Shown piece after piece: positions 1 through 7,279 of a DNA stretch of 35,787 bases. How positions within the stretch are numbered: position 1 is the stretch's first letter; each line of letters starts with the position of its first letter. The notes under the pieces are model-generated. The model made no database searches and was not told the DNA's origin. It was given only the letters and a program-made list of their open reading frames with translations. This DNA comes from a virus. The translations under genes and the position numbers were made by a program. Location: the IMG/VR virus record IMGVR_UViG_3300002053_000010, positions 1 to 35,787 of that record; one strand, written 5' to 3'.

Positions 1-104
1 CCAGCAAATGTATTTGCATAATATTGAGAATCTCCTATCGTCATTTTTAAATCGATATTGGCCTGTTGCCACCACTGTTGAAAAAGTGTTTGGCTTTGAC
101 GATA
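1..104. repeat. Terminal direct repeat copy A, identical to 35684-35787. Either a circular-assembly overlap or a short terminal redundancy.
   Basis: The first 104 nt (ccagcaaatgtatttgc...ggctttgacgata) match the last 104 nt of the window base for base. The portal reading frame runs straight through it. Confidence 0.95.
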
Positions 105-146
105 GTTTTCGTCCATCTCTTTTTTGAGAGAATAATCAAAGATCAT
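1..146 (-). CDS. Portal protein, 5-prime segment continuing across the circular junction (1-104 duplicates 35684-35787)
   Basis: The portal frame is still open at the window end. After circularisation it extends 34 codons to an in-frame ATG at 146-144 (MIFDYSLKKEMDENYRQSQTLFQQWWQQANIDLK-MTIGDSQYY...). That ATG directly follows the AGGCAAGAAAACCAA element. Which ATG is actually used (146 or 44/35727) is unresolved. Confidence 0.5.
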   Translation of the reverse strand, partial: MIFDYSLKKEMDENYRQSQTLFQQWWQQANIDLKMTIGDSQYYANTFA

Positions 147-161
147 TTGGTTTTCTTGCCT
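146..161 (-). promoter_or_regulatory. 16-mer AGGCAAGAAAACCAAA (sense), copy 1 of 3, abutting the candidate portal start
   Basis: The exact 16-mer also occurs at 7775-7790 and 33405-33420. Here its last A is the A of the ATG at 146. Confidence 0.6.
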
Positions 162-169
162 ATCTTTAT

Positions 170-2560
170 TTAAAAGAAAGAGAGTGCTTTTTGTTTCATT
201 TCTCTTATCTTTTCTGGGGTTAACATTCTTTTTTTATTATCAAGCAATGTCTTATATGCAACACCCAAGTATCTAAATGCATCTGCAAAGTGAGATGACC
301 AATCATGATGTGGCGTAGTACTATAACAATTTTCTTTGCTATTAAATTTCTTATGATAATTTTCTATACATTTCAAGAAAAATTTATTTTTATTTTCATC
401 TATCCAAAGGTATGGAAATAAAGACCTTGCACACTCTATTCCAAATTCTATTTCTGTCTTAGGAATTGTTTCGAATCTAATTCCCAATTCAAACGCATAA
501 TATTTTAATGATTTTCCTATGCTAAGATGGCCAGATTCTATGTCATGAGGTGCATAATGTGTTCCATATATATAATTTTTATTTTGTAAAATCTTTGCAT
601 AATGTGCAAGTCCCTCTCCAGAATTTTCATAAGAATCTATTATTCTTATCTCCTTACCAGAAAATTGCACAAATAATATCGATGTTGAGTCTCCAAATCC
701 TAAATCCCAAAACGTATTAACTTCAAGATTGGGATCATAAGGCAAATTGATAATGCGATTATTTCGTCTAAGTTCGTCAACATATCTTCCATAATAACTT
801 CCTTCAATTCCTTGGTTAAATGAGCAGAAAAACTCCTGTTGAATAAGTTCTTCGCTCATTCCTTCTTCGCGTTCTTTTTGGATCTCTTCTTCTGAAATTA
901 CTTTTGTATCTTCTATAGTTAATTTTTGACAAAACCAATCTGGATTATTCTTTGCCATTACAAATAAATCATATGCCCAGTTGGCACCGCGTGGCGTAAA
1001 ATTAAAGACTGCCCACCCTTTATTTTCACGTAATATTGGGCGAACAAATTCCCACGCATAAGGATCTTGAAGAGAAAATTCAGAAAAAATACAACCAATT
1101 GGGTTGATTCCGACGTTTAATATTTGATCTGTTCCAACGATTTGGATAACACTTCCATTTATAAGCTTTACCTTCATTTCTACAGAGTTTGGCTCTCCAT
1201 CAATTATTCTTTTTGGAATATAATCAAGAAATCTCTTTCCTTGACCATTAATACCGTCCCACAATATTCTTTTTCCCAATCTGGACGTTGGAAAGAAATA
1301 TACGTAGGTACCTACACGGTCAACAAACGCCTGCTTTATAAGCCAATTAAAGCATACAACTTCCTTACCACTATTATGTACAATATAACCATTGGAAATA
1401 AAATTTTTATTATTCTTTATTTCTAAATCATATGTATTACAAAGAGAAGCCCCAGATTCTTTCGGCTTGCTAAATAACAAAATATCCGCATATTTCCTTC
1501 TTTCCCTTTCTTTCATTTCAAGGGCTATTGCTTTATTTCGAATAGATTTTTTTTCGTTGATCTTAATAATATTTAAAAGCCTTTTAACGCTTGAAGCCTC
1601 CCAAATACGAACTGTCCAACACCAATTTCGATCATTATATACAGCACCACACTGTATTCCATGCTTCTTCAATAAATAATAATAATCCCAAGCAAGTGCC
1701 TCACTCTCTCCAATAGATATTTTAATTTCTGCCTTTGGGCGTATATATGTACTTGCCTGCCTTCCTGTCTTTTGACAATATATATTTCCATCGGCCTCTA
1801 TAACTGCAGAAATAAATTCTATAAAAGATTCTTCATTACAACTCCATATGCATTTTGGAATCCTTTTGTCTTTCTTTGTACACCACAAACCCAAATTCAT
1901 TAAACATTCTTTAACCGGATGCTTTATTTTATTTCCGCACTCTCCCTTTGACATTCCTATATCCCAACCATTCCCCTTCACTCTTTCTATTAAATAAACA
2001 GAAGGAAAAAGATCTCTTACCAAAGACATAAAATCTTCTTTAATTAATTTGCTTGTCGTTGTATACTTTGGTTGTTGATATCCATTGCAATATTCATCCG
2101 ATATCATATATCCAATAAAACGCGCCAATTTCGGTATATTTTCTCCACCCAAATTAAGATTAAAATAAGTAAAACACCCCTCTCCGGCATTAAGGTTTCC
2201 AATAGGCTTCCATTTTGGATTAAAATACGAATATGAACATAAAACCCTATGGTCTTTTGTAACTAATAATGATTCGGCTCCATATATCGAATATTCTGAA
2301 CAATAACGCTTTCCATTATAGAAAGAAGAAACAACGGTATCTTTTTCAAGAGAATGTCCATTCCAAGATAAAACAGAATCTCCCTCAGAAACCTCTTGAA
2401 TAAACTTCCAAGAACCATCTGACATAAGAATTCTACTGTTCTCTGCAACACACCTTCGATGCCACACAAGAACAGCTCTTTTACACCCATCATCCATCGA
2501 TTCTAAAAACGAAATTTGATAATCACGCGGAGAGAAATTTGGAAGGCATTCTTCATTCAT
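170..2560 (-). CDS. terL: Terminase large subunit (TerL), interrupted by an in-frame intein. The predicted spliced product is about 436 aa.
   Basis: 796-aa ORF with an ATG at 2560 that overlaps the TerS stop by 8 nt. Joining the exteins gives VLVWHRR|SGKEVV, a terminase-type P-loop. The C-terminal part (DLGFGDSTSILFVQ, HYAPHD, HHDWSSHFADAFRY) is typical of the TerL nuclease region. The gene sits directly upstream of the portal. Confidence 0.93.
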   Translation of the reverse strand: MNEECLPNFSPRDYQISFLESMDDGCKRAVLVWHRRCVAENSRILMSDGSWKFIQEVSEGDSVLSWNGHSLEKDTVVSSFYNGKRYCSEYSIYGAESLLVTKDHRVLCSYSYFNPKWKPIGNLNAGEGCFTYFNLNLGGENIPKLARFIGYMISDEYCNGYQQPKYTTTSKLIKEDFMSLVRDLFPSVYLIERVKGNGWDIGMSKGECGNKIKHPVKECLMNLGLWCTKKDKRIPKCIWSCNEESFIEFISAVIEADGNIYCQKTGRQASTYIRPKAEIKISIGESEALAWDYYYLLKKHGIQCGAVYNDRNWCWTVRIWEASSVKRLLNIIKINEKKSIRNKAIALEMKERERRKYADILLFSKPKESGASLCNTYDLEIKNNKNFISNGYIVHNSGKEVVCFNWLIKQAFVDRVGTYVYFFPTSRLGKRILWDGINGQGKRFLDYIPKRIIDGEPNSVEMKVKLINGSVIQIVGTDQILNVGINPIGCIFSEFSLQDPYAWEFVRPILRENKGWAVFNFTPRGANWAYDLFVMAKNNPDWFCQKLTIEDTKVISEEEIQKEREEGMSEELIQQEFFCSFNQGIEGSYYGRYVDELRRNNRIINLPYDPNLEVNTFWDLGFGDSTSILFVQFSGKEIRIIDSYENSGEGLAHYAKILQNKNYIYGTHYAPHDIESGHLSIGKSLKYYAFELGIRFETIPKTEIEFGIECARSLFPYLWIDENKNKFFLKCIENYHKKFNSKENCYSTTPHHDWSSHFADAFRYLGVAYKTLLDNKKRMLTPEKIREMKQKALSFF
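1373..2452 (-). mobile_element. Intein (360 aa, TerL residues 37-396) with a double-motif LAGLIDADG homing endonuclease
   Basis: It starts with Cys1 (CVAENSRILMSDG) and has block B TKDH. Two LAGLIDADG motifs are present (LARFIGYMISDEY and FIEFISAVIEADGNIY). Block F/G reads NTYDLEIKNNKNFISNGYIVHN, followed by a +1 Ser. Boundary codons checked on the sequence: TGT at 2452-2450, CAT-AAT at 1378-1373, AGT at 1372-1370. Confidence 0.9.
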
Positions 2561-2963
2561 TATTTATTTTTTTTGGTGGATTTTTTCCATAATGAATGAC
2601 ATTTAAAGGAATTGTGCCACTATGTTCTATTTCTTGTTTCTCTTTTTGACCAAGCAAGTTCTTCCCAAGCCAAACAAGCATTGTTGCATTTCCTTCCATG
2701 GCAGATTCTATCTGCCTTCTTCTAAGGCTTTTCTTTAATCTAGCTCTTCCAAGCCTTAAAGAATCCATATATCTATTTTCAATTGTATCTTTGCTACAAT
2801 CAAGCAGTCTTGCTATTTCTTCGGTTATACATCCAATTGCTGCCAAATCTTCTATATCTTTCTCACAAAGTTGTAATTTAGGCCTTCCAACACCAGATTT
2901 ATTTTTTCTTTTTGGTTTCCCATCTTTTAAACTTCTTGATTTTATTTTTTGGCCTTTCTTCAT
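2553..2963 (-). CDS. terS: Terminase small subunit (putative), with an HTH
   Basis: 136 aa. It has a basic N-terminus, an HTH-like DIEDLAAIGCITEEIARLLDCSKDTI, and a GNATMLVWLGKNLLGQ motif typical of small terminases. It lies directly upstream of TerL and overlaps it. The SD is AGGGA, 5 nt before the ATG at 2963. Confidence 0.7.
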   Translation of the reverse strand: MKKGQKIKSRSLKDGKPKRKNKSGVGRPKLQLCEKDIEDLAAIGCITEEIARLLDCSKDTIENRYMDSLRLGRARLKKSLRRRQIESAMEGNATMLVWLGKNLLGQKEKQEIEHSGTIPLNVIHYGKNPPKKINNE

Positions 2964-3270
2964 CTTTTTCCCTATTTTTTAATTGTTCCTCTTTCCATTT
3001 TCTTTTTTCATATGGAACAAATATTTCTTTTAACTTGATTCCTTTTGGAAGAAGCTCTGTATTTATTTTATAGAGAACATAAGAACTATCGAATAATTCA
3101 TCTTCTTCTATTTCTTTCAATTTTTTCAAAGTTCCATCTTTTTTTATAGGTCCTTTTCTTTTAATATTTCCTATAAAATCAATAGCCTCTTTTTCTGACG
3201 GAAAAAATTTTTTAATGAGGTCGTATTGTGATCCAAACATAAAAAGGAAATAATCTGTAGATTCTGACAT
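2899..3270 (-). CDS. Hypothetical protein (123 aa), first gene of the packaging block
   Basis: The ATG at 3270 is preceded by the leader element AACCAAACATCGGAGaaacaccaATG. The 3-prime end overlaps terS by 65 nt in another frame. Confidence 0.65.
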   Translation of the reverse strand: MSESTDYFLFMFGSQYDLIKKFFPSEKEAIDFIGNIKRKGPIKKDGTLKKLKEIEEDELFDSSYVLYKINTELLPKGIKLKEIFVPYEKRKWKEEQLKNREKDEERPKNKIKKFKRWETKKKK

Positions 3271-3278
3271 TGGTGTTT

Positions 3279-3293
3279 CTCCGATGTTTGGTT
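3279..3293 (-). promoter_or_regulatory. Leader/RBS element copy (sense AACCAAACATCGGAG)
   Basis: It lies 8 nt upstream of the ATG at 3270 and immediately 3-prime of the hairpin at 3299-3351. Confidence 0.7.
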
Positions 3294-3298
3294 AAAAT

Positions 3299-3351
3299 GC
3301 GGGATCTTTATAGATTTTCTATTTTCCGTTTAAATTGATGCCTGATCCCGC
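3299..3351 (-). terminator. Structured element or weak terminator: 8-bp GC-rich inverted repeat (GCGGGATC/GATCCCGC) with a 37-nt loop that has an inner ATAGA/TCTAT hairpin
   Basis: The arms are at 3299-3306 and 3344-3351. On the sense strand it starts at the stop of gene 3352-3738 and is followed by ATTTTAA and then the leader element. Confidence 0.35.
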
Positions 3352-3738
3352 CTATTCTTCTTCTTTTTCAATTATATTTTCTACTTCTAGCAGCCTATTA
3401 AAAGGTTGTTTATATTTTTTTAAAAAGCACACAAATTCTATGACAAATCTTACAAAATATACAGGAGCGTCTTTTCCCAAATACTCAAAAGACAAAAAAG
3501 CAAGATAAGAAATATCATCAAGAATATCTGCCCAATCATCTTTTGAAACTGTATTAAATATTTGGAAAAGATTTTCTTTTTCAGCAAAAATATTTACACG
3601 TTTTAGGGGGTAAGCCCTAAATTCCTCTTGTCTCTCTCCCCTTGGCGAAAGCCAAGTTTTTTTTTCTTTATATGAAAACTCAACTGTGTTCTCATATTTT
3701 CCCGCCTCAAATTTAGCTGTCGGATATTTCGTTGTCAT
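3352..3738 (-). CDS. Hypothetical protein (128 aa)
   Basis: The ATG at 3738 shares one base with the recombinase stop (TAATG). No recognisable motifs. Confidence 0.7.
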   Translation of the reverse strand: MTTKYPTAKFEAGKYENTVEFSYKEKKTWLSPRGERQEEFRAYPLKRVNIFAEKENLFQIFNTVSKDDWADILDDISYLAFLSFEYLGKDAPVYFVRFVIEFVCFLKKYKQPFNRLLEVENIIEKEEE

Positions 3739-4850
3739 TATCCTACCAATTCAGCACATGAATTGTTAATAATACTCCCGGCTTCGTAATACCTCATTGC
3801 CGTTGAAACACTTTTGTGAGAGGTCATTTTCATAATGTCGCCAATAGGCTTTCCTTGTTTGGCACCCTCTGTAACAAATCCTCGGCGTAGTGAGTGGGCT
3901 GAAAATTGGTTTTCGTCATAGCCAGCTAGATTTGTTCGTTTCTTTACCATCCTTCTCACGTCATTTCCGGAGAGTGCGCCTCGAATATCTCCACTCTTCC
4001 CAACCGAACGGAACATTGCCCCTTTTTTTACGCCAGAAGCCTCTAGCCAGTCTCTTAACGCCTTGGCGGCCCTTCCTTTGATGGGCTTGTAATCGTCTTC
4101 CCCTGTTTTGTTGGTCTTCGACTCACATAGGTTGTATAGGTAGTCTCCTTCGGATGTCTCTGTGAGATTACACATATCAGCATCGGTTATCTCGCAACGT
4201 CGGCGCCCACCAGAAGAGAAAGCAAAGAGGAGGATGGCTTTATCTCTGACATCAATTAGACGTCCTTTACATGTCAAAAGCATGTCTTCCAGAATGTCTT
4301 TTGTTATTGCTTTTTTCTTTCGCCCCTTCCCTCCATACATCGTCGTAAATCTCTTTAGTAGACGCTTTACCTCTTTATCTCTGCATGGGTTATTTAACTT
4401 GTCGAGTTCAAGACAGACACTTAGTGAGGCTATGCGGCGTTTTATCGTTTCAAGAGAGTGAGTGCCTAGTTTTGACTTGTACCCTTGGTCAACAAGAATC
4501 TTATCAACCTCCGGGTTCATCTCCTCAATATGCTGAATGATGAAGTGTTTTAGGATTCCAACGGTTATCCTGTCTGTTTTAAAGTTGAATCCAATGACTG
4601 AAAGCCATGCTTGCCAATAGACAATGTCCCCGTTAAATGCCCTTTTAGTGTTTTCACTGGTGTAGTCCCTGATAACCTCAAGGCTTCTAACTGCACTGTC
4701 TTTTAAGAGAGTGTTTAACAACCTGGATTCGCCAAGCTTTACAGGTATATAGTTGTTCAAGTCTCTATCTTTGATAAGAGAAAAGGGCATAAAGCTGTGA
4801 GAGGGTTGAATAAGTGCTCCCTCTTTTTTTCTATTCTGTTTTTCCTTCAT
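3738..4850 (-). CDS. Tyrosine recombinase 1, Cre-like (370 aa)
   Basis: The C-terminal catalytic region has SGGRRRCEI (Arg I), AHSLRRGFVTE (H-x-x-R) and HKSVSTAMRYY (His/Tyr). Its layout resembles P1 Cre (WSGHSARVG...VMNYI). It aligns over its full length with ORF 12221-13213. It is visibly more GC-rich than its neighbours. Confidence 0.9.
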   Translation of the reverse strand: MKEKQNRKKEGALIQPSHSFMPFSLIKDRDLNNYIPVKLGESRLLNTLLKDSAVRSLEVIRDYTSENTKRAFNGDIVYWQAWLSVIGFNFKTDRITVGILKHFIIQHIEEMNPEVDKILVDQGYKSKLGTHSLETIKRRIASLSVCLELDKLNNPCRDKEVKRLLKRFTTMYGGKGRKKKAITKDILEDMLLTCKGRLIDVRDKAILLFAFSSGGRRRCEITDADMCNLTETSEGDYLYNLCESKTNKTGEDDYKPIKGRAAKALRDWLEASGVKKGAMFRSVGKSGDIRGALSGNDVRRMVKKRTNLAGYDENQFSAHSLRRGFVTEGAKQGKPIGDIMKMTSHKSVSTAMRYYEAGSIINNSCAELVG

Positions 4851-4999
4851 CTTTTTCTTTTTTTAGGAATCTTTGCTCCCGATTTTCTAGCTTGTGATAA
4901 AGATGCTGCTACTGCTTGGCTTTTCTTATATCCGCTTTTTATCATTTCTCTTATATTTTCACTGATGATTTTTTTACTTTTCCCCTTTTTTAATGGCAT
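4847..4999 (-). CDS. Small basic protein (50 aa), not in the ORF track
   Basis: Sequence MPLKKGKSKKIISENIREMIKSGYKKSQAVAASLSQARKSGAKIPKKRKR. The SD GGAGGAG lies 6 nt before the ATG at 4999. Its stop overlaps the recombinase start (ATGA at 4850-4847). The QAVAxxLSxARKxG motif resembles a widespread family of small bacterial and phage proteins (from memory, not searched). Confidence 0.6.
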   Translation of the reverse strand: MPLKKGKSKKIISENIREMIKSGYKKSQAVAASLSQARKSGAKIPKKRKR

Positions 5000-5315
5000 C
5001 GTTTTCTCCTCCATTTATTGTTTTTCTACACAAACATTTCTTTATTTTCTTTTTTTTACAGCAGCCGATTAAATCATCATGAATATTTTTATTTTCATTA
5101 AAAAATGTTACAAGCGCAATCATAAAATCAAGAAGTGCCTGTAATCTTCCGTTCGATCTTTTTTCATAGGGAATAACATTTTCTAGGGCCTCTAATCTTG
5201 TTAAATGACAATTAAAATATTGTTTTAAATATTTTTTTGATGGAATACATTTATATATTTTCGCAAAATCTATCATCGTTTTTTGTATTTCTTTAGCCGC
5301 GATTTCACCAATCAT
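4974..5315 (-). CDS. Hypothetical protein (113 aa)
   Basis: The ATG at 5315 forms an ATGA overlap with the rusA stop. The C-terminus is Cys/Lys-rich. Confidence 0.6.
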   Translation of the reverse strand: MIGEIAAKEIQKTMIDFAKIYKCIPSKKYLKQYFNCHLTRLEALENVIPYEKRSNGRLQALLDFMIALVTFFNENKNIHDDLIGCCKKKKIKKCLCRKTINGGENDAIKKGEK

Positions 5316-6055
5316 ATTGCCTCCATAGAAATTTCTTTATATCTATTTATTTTTTCAATCACATCATGGGATTGTTTTTTTATTTTTGATAACTTTAAAG
5401 ATAGGTCGGACAGAGTACATAATATCGTGGCAATTTCTAAGATTTCTTTCTCTGCCAAATCATAAATTTTATTTTGATCAAAAATCATCGTTGCATTACA
5501 AACTTTTTCTAAAATTTCATTTATCTCATATGGAGAAAAAAGTGAAATTATTTCTCTAACATCTTTTATTATTGTTTTTCTTTCTTCTGAAAATACATCC
5601 ATAATAGTCATTGGTCTGTCTCCATATTTTTTTTTCATGTTAAGATATGTAATTTGATTGTCATTGGCCCAAATTTGTCCTGTAGCGCAATCTAAATAAA
5701 ATTTAGCCAAATTATCTAGGTCACACTTTTTGGGCGGCTCAAGTCCCCAAAAAAGCCTGTTTTTTGCATGATTTGACATGCTTTGAGGAACTTGCATAAT
5801 AAATGTAAAATCAACACAAAAATGTTTTGATTGTAATAATCTAGAAAGCTTTGCCGCTTGTATATGATCTATTCCTTGATAAACCTCTTCAAATTTTTCG
5901 TTTATCTTTTCTTTAACTTTTTTTTTCTCTTTTTTCTGCGGGTCATATGAAAAAATTCTTCCTTTTGCATTAAAAAATCTAGGTCTTTGCTGTGGAATTG
6001 GCGGTCCTTCAAAAATAAATCTCATAATATTTTTCCATCCATTCTCGAAACGCAT
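5312..6055 (-). CDS. rusA: RusA-family Holliday junction resolvase with a C-terminal extension of about 100 aa
   Basis: GPPIPQQRPRF and CDLDNLAKFYLDCATGQIWANDNQI match the RusA motifs (compare E. coli [26 protein letters not shown]). The real start may be the second ATG at 6025 (MRFIFEGPP). Confidence 0.75.
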   Translation of the reverse strand: MRFENGWKNIMRFIFEGPPIPQQRPRFFNAKGRIFSYDPQKKEKKKVKEKINEKFEEVYQGIDHIQAAKLSRLLQSKHFCVDFTFIMQVPQSMSNHAKNRLFWGLEPPKKCDLDNLAKFYLDCATGQIWANDNQITYLNMKKKYGDRPMTIMDVFSEERKTIIKDVREIISLFSPYEINEILEKVCNATMIFDQNKIYDLAEKEILEIATILCTLSDLSLKLSKIKKQSHDVIEKINRYKEISMEAI

Positions 6056-6203
6056 CTTTGTCTATTAAAAGAGTATTTTTTTCCCCTTTTTTCACAAATG
6101 GTTCTAATTTAAATTTATGACGTTTTGCCATACAAATATCCAATTGATGTTTTTTTATATCATATTTTTTTAATATTTCTTGTTTTGTAATAAAATTGCT
6201 CAT
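6009..6203 (-). CDS. Small protein (64 aa), possibly an excisionase-like DNA-binding protein
   Basis: The ATG at 6203 forms an ATGA overlap with the upstream stop. ITKQEILKKYDIKKHQL...LIDKDAFREWM has an Xis/AlpA-like flavour only. Confidence 0.45.
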   Translation of the reverse strand: MSNFITKQEILKKYDIKKHQLDICMAKRHKFKLEPFVKKGEKNTLLIDKDAFREWMEKYYEIYF

Positions 6204-7279
6204 GCACATTTTTCCTTTTTTATATTTGCCGAAAAATTGCTTATTTTTGGGAAAACTTGTGTCAATTTATATAAAAATTTATTAAGATCGTGCACCATTT
6301 CTTTATTTTCGTATTTGAATTCATATCCAGGATGACATGGGGATCCAACATCTATGAATAACGAATTGTTTCCTGCTGTTGTTGTTATAAAAATTTGATT
6401 TTTTCGCAAAAACTGCATAAACTCTTCTTCGAATTTTTTTGCAAAGTTTTTATTTTCATTTAGATGCGCGAGTTTTTCCAAAGATATTTCTTCTGGTTCT
6501 TTTAATTCTTGCTGGAGGCATGCGTTGACGAATGCCCCTGGATTTCTGACAGACATCCTTCTGGAATATGTTTTAAACGATTCTATTGCGAACATTACTT
6601 TTGTGCTTGGGTATTGAGAGAAGAATCGTTTATCTTTTTCGCTTAAGAAATCGCAGAATTTGAGTTGATCGTATACTTGAGGCGCCATTTTTTGTTTCCT
6701 GCATTTATTTTTTATGTTGTGGTTGATATTTGAGCATGTTTTATACAAATATGCTGGTATATTTATTATAATTTTTCCTTTTTTGAGTTCTAATAAAACG
6801 GCTTCTTTTGCTTTTTCTATAGTTTTTCTTGAAAATTTTTGTGAGAAGAAGATTTCCTCAAAGATTGGTAATTCTAATTTTTGGATTTTTTTGAACGATT
6901 GCGACTGCGTTCTTGAATCTTTTTGTACAGAAGATTCTAGATATCGTTCTTTTATTATTTTTTCCTTATAGTTCGTGTGACAATTTGCTGTTTCGGAGTA
7001 TAAAGGATTTATTTTATTTATGAACGAATCTTTAAGAAAATAGATGTTTGTTTTATTTGGTCTTTTGAAAGAACCAATTTCTCCTGAAAGTTCCTTTAGG
7101 TGTCTTATAACGGTTCTTCTGGATATATGGAGGTGTTCTGCTATTTTTCTTTGGGAGAAGAACATTATCTTAAATTTTCTGCAATTGTTGATCATGTAGA
7201 TCAAGATAGGACGTAATTTTTTGGGGATATTTTCTAAAAGAACTTGATATTTTTTCGGAGATAGATTATAAGTTAACAT
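6200..7279 (-). CDS. HTH DNA-binding protein, candidate replication initiator (359 aa)
   Basis: The N-terminal winged-HTH reads SQRKIAEHLHISRRTVIRHLKEL. It sits between the control region with the iteron-like array and rusA. The function is inferred from context only. Confidence 0.75.
   Translation of the reverse strand: MLTYNLSPKKYQVLLENIPKKLRPILIYMINNCRKFKIMFFSQRKIAEHLHISRRTVIRHLKELSGEIGSFKRPNKTNIYFLKDSFINKINPLYSETANCHTNYKEKIIKERYLESSVQKDSRTQSQSFKKIQKLELPIFEEIFFSQKFSRKTIEKAKEAVLLELKKGKIIINIPAYLYKTCSNINHNIKNKCRKQKMAPQVYDQLKFCDFLSEKDKRFFSQYPSTKVMFAIESFKTYSRRMSVRNPGAFVNACLQQELKEPEEISLEKLAHLNENKNFAKKFEEEFMQFLRKNQIFITTTAGNNSLFIDVGSPCHPGYEFKYENKEMVHDLNKFLYKLTQVFPKISNFSANIKKEKCA

Noticed and set aside
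1-104. Terminal repeat as a mobile-element inverted or direct repeat, or a biologically meaningful DTR
   Set aside because: It is a perfect direct repeat located exactly at both window ends, inside the portal coding frame. That is the signature of an assembly overlap of a circular or circularly permuted genome. True short DTRs cannot be excluded without read data.
1109-1120. Partial leader-like match (sense TTAAACGTCGGA) inside terL
   Set aside because: Only a 10-nt partial match (AAACGTCGGA). It lacks the ACC part, is not followed by a start codon and lies within conserved coding sequence (LNVGINP). It is most likely coincidental.
1124-1679. Plus-strand ORFs 1124-1426 and 1392-1679, and similar antisense ORFs such as 2263-2493, 2698-2982, 3890-4081, 4162-4461, 12312-12896, 14623-15408, 18259-18585, 20136-20399, 24238-24618, 26162-26350, 27559-27774, 28491-28754, 29352-29623, 30419-31356, 32313-32570 and 33942-34391
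   Set aside because: All lie inside, and antisense or out of frame to, long ORFs with clear homology-type motifs. Many start at TTG or GTG, have no SD and give low-complexity translations. They are shadow ORFs.
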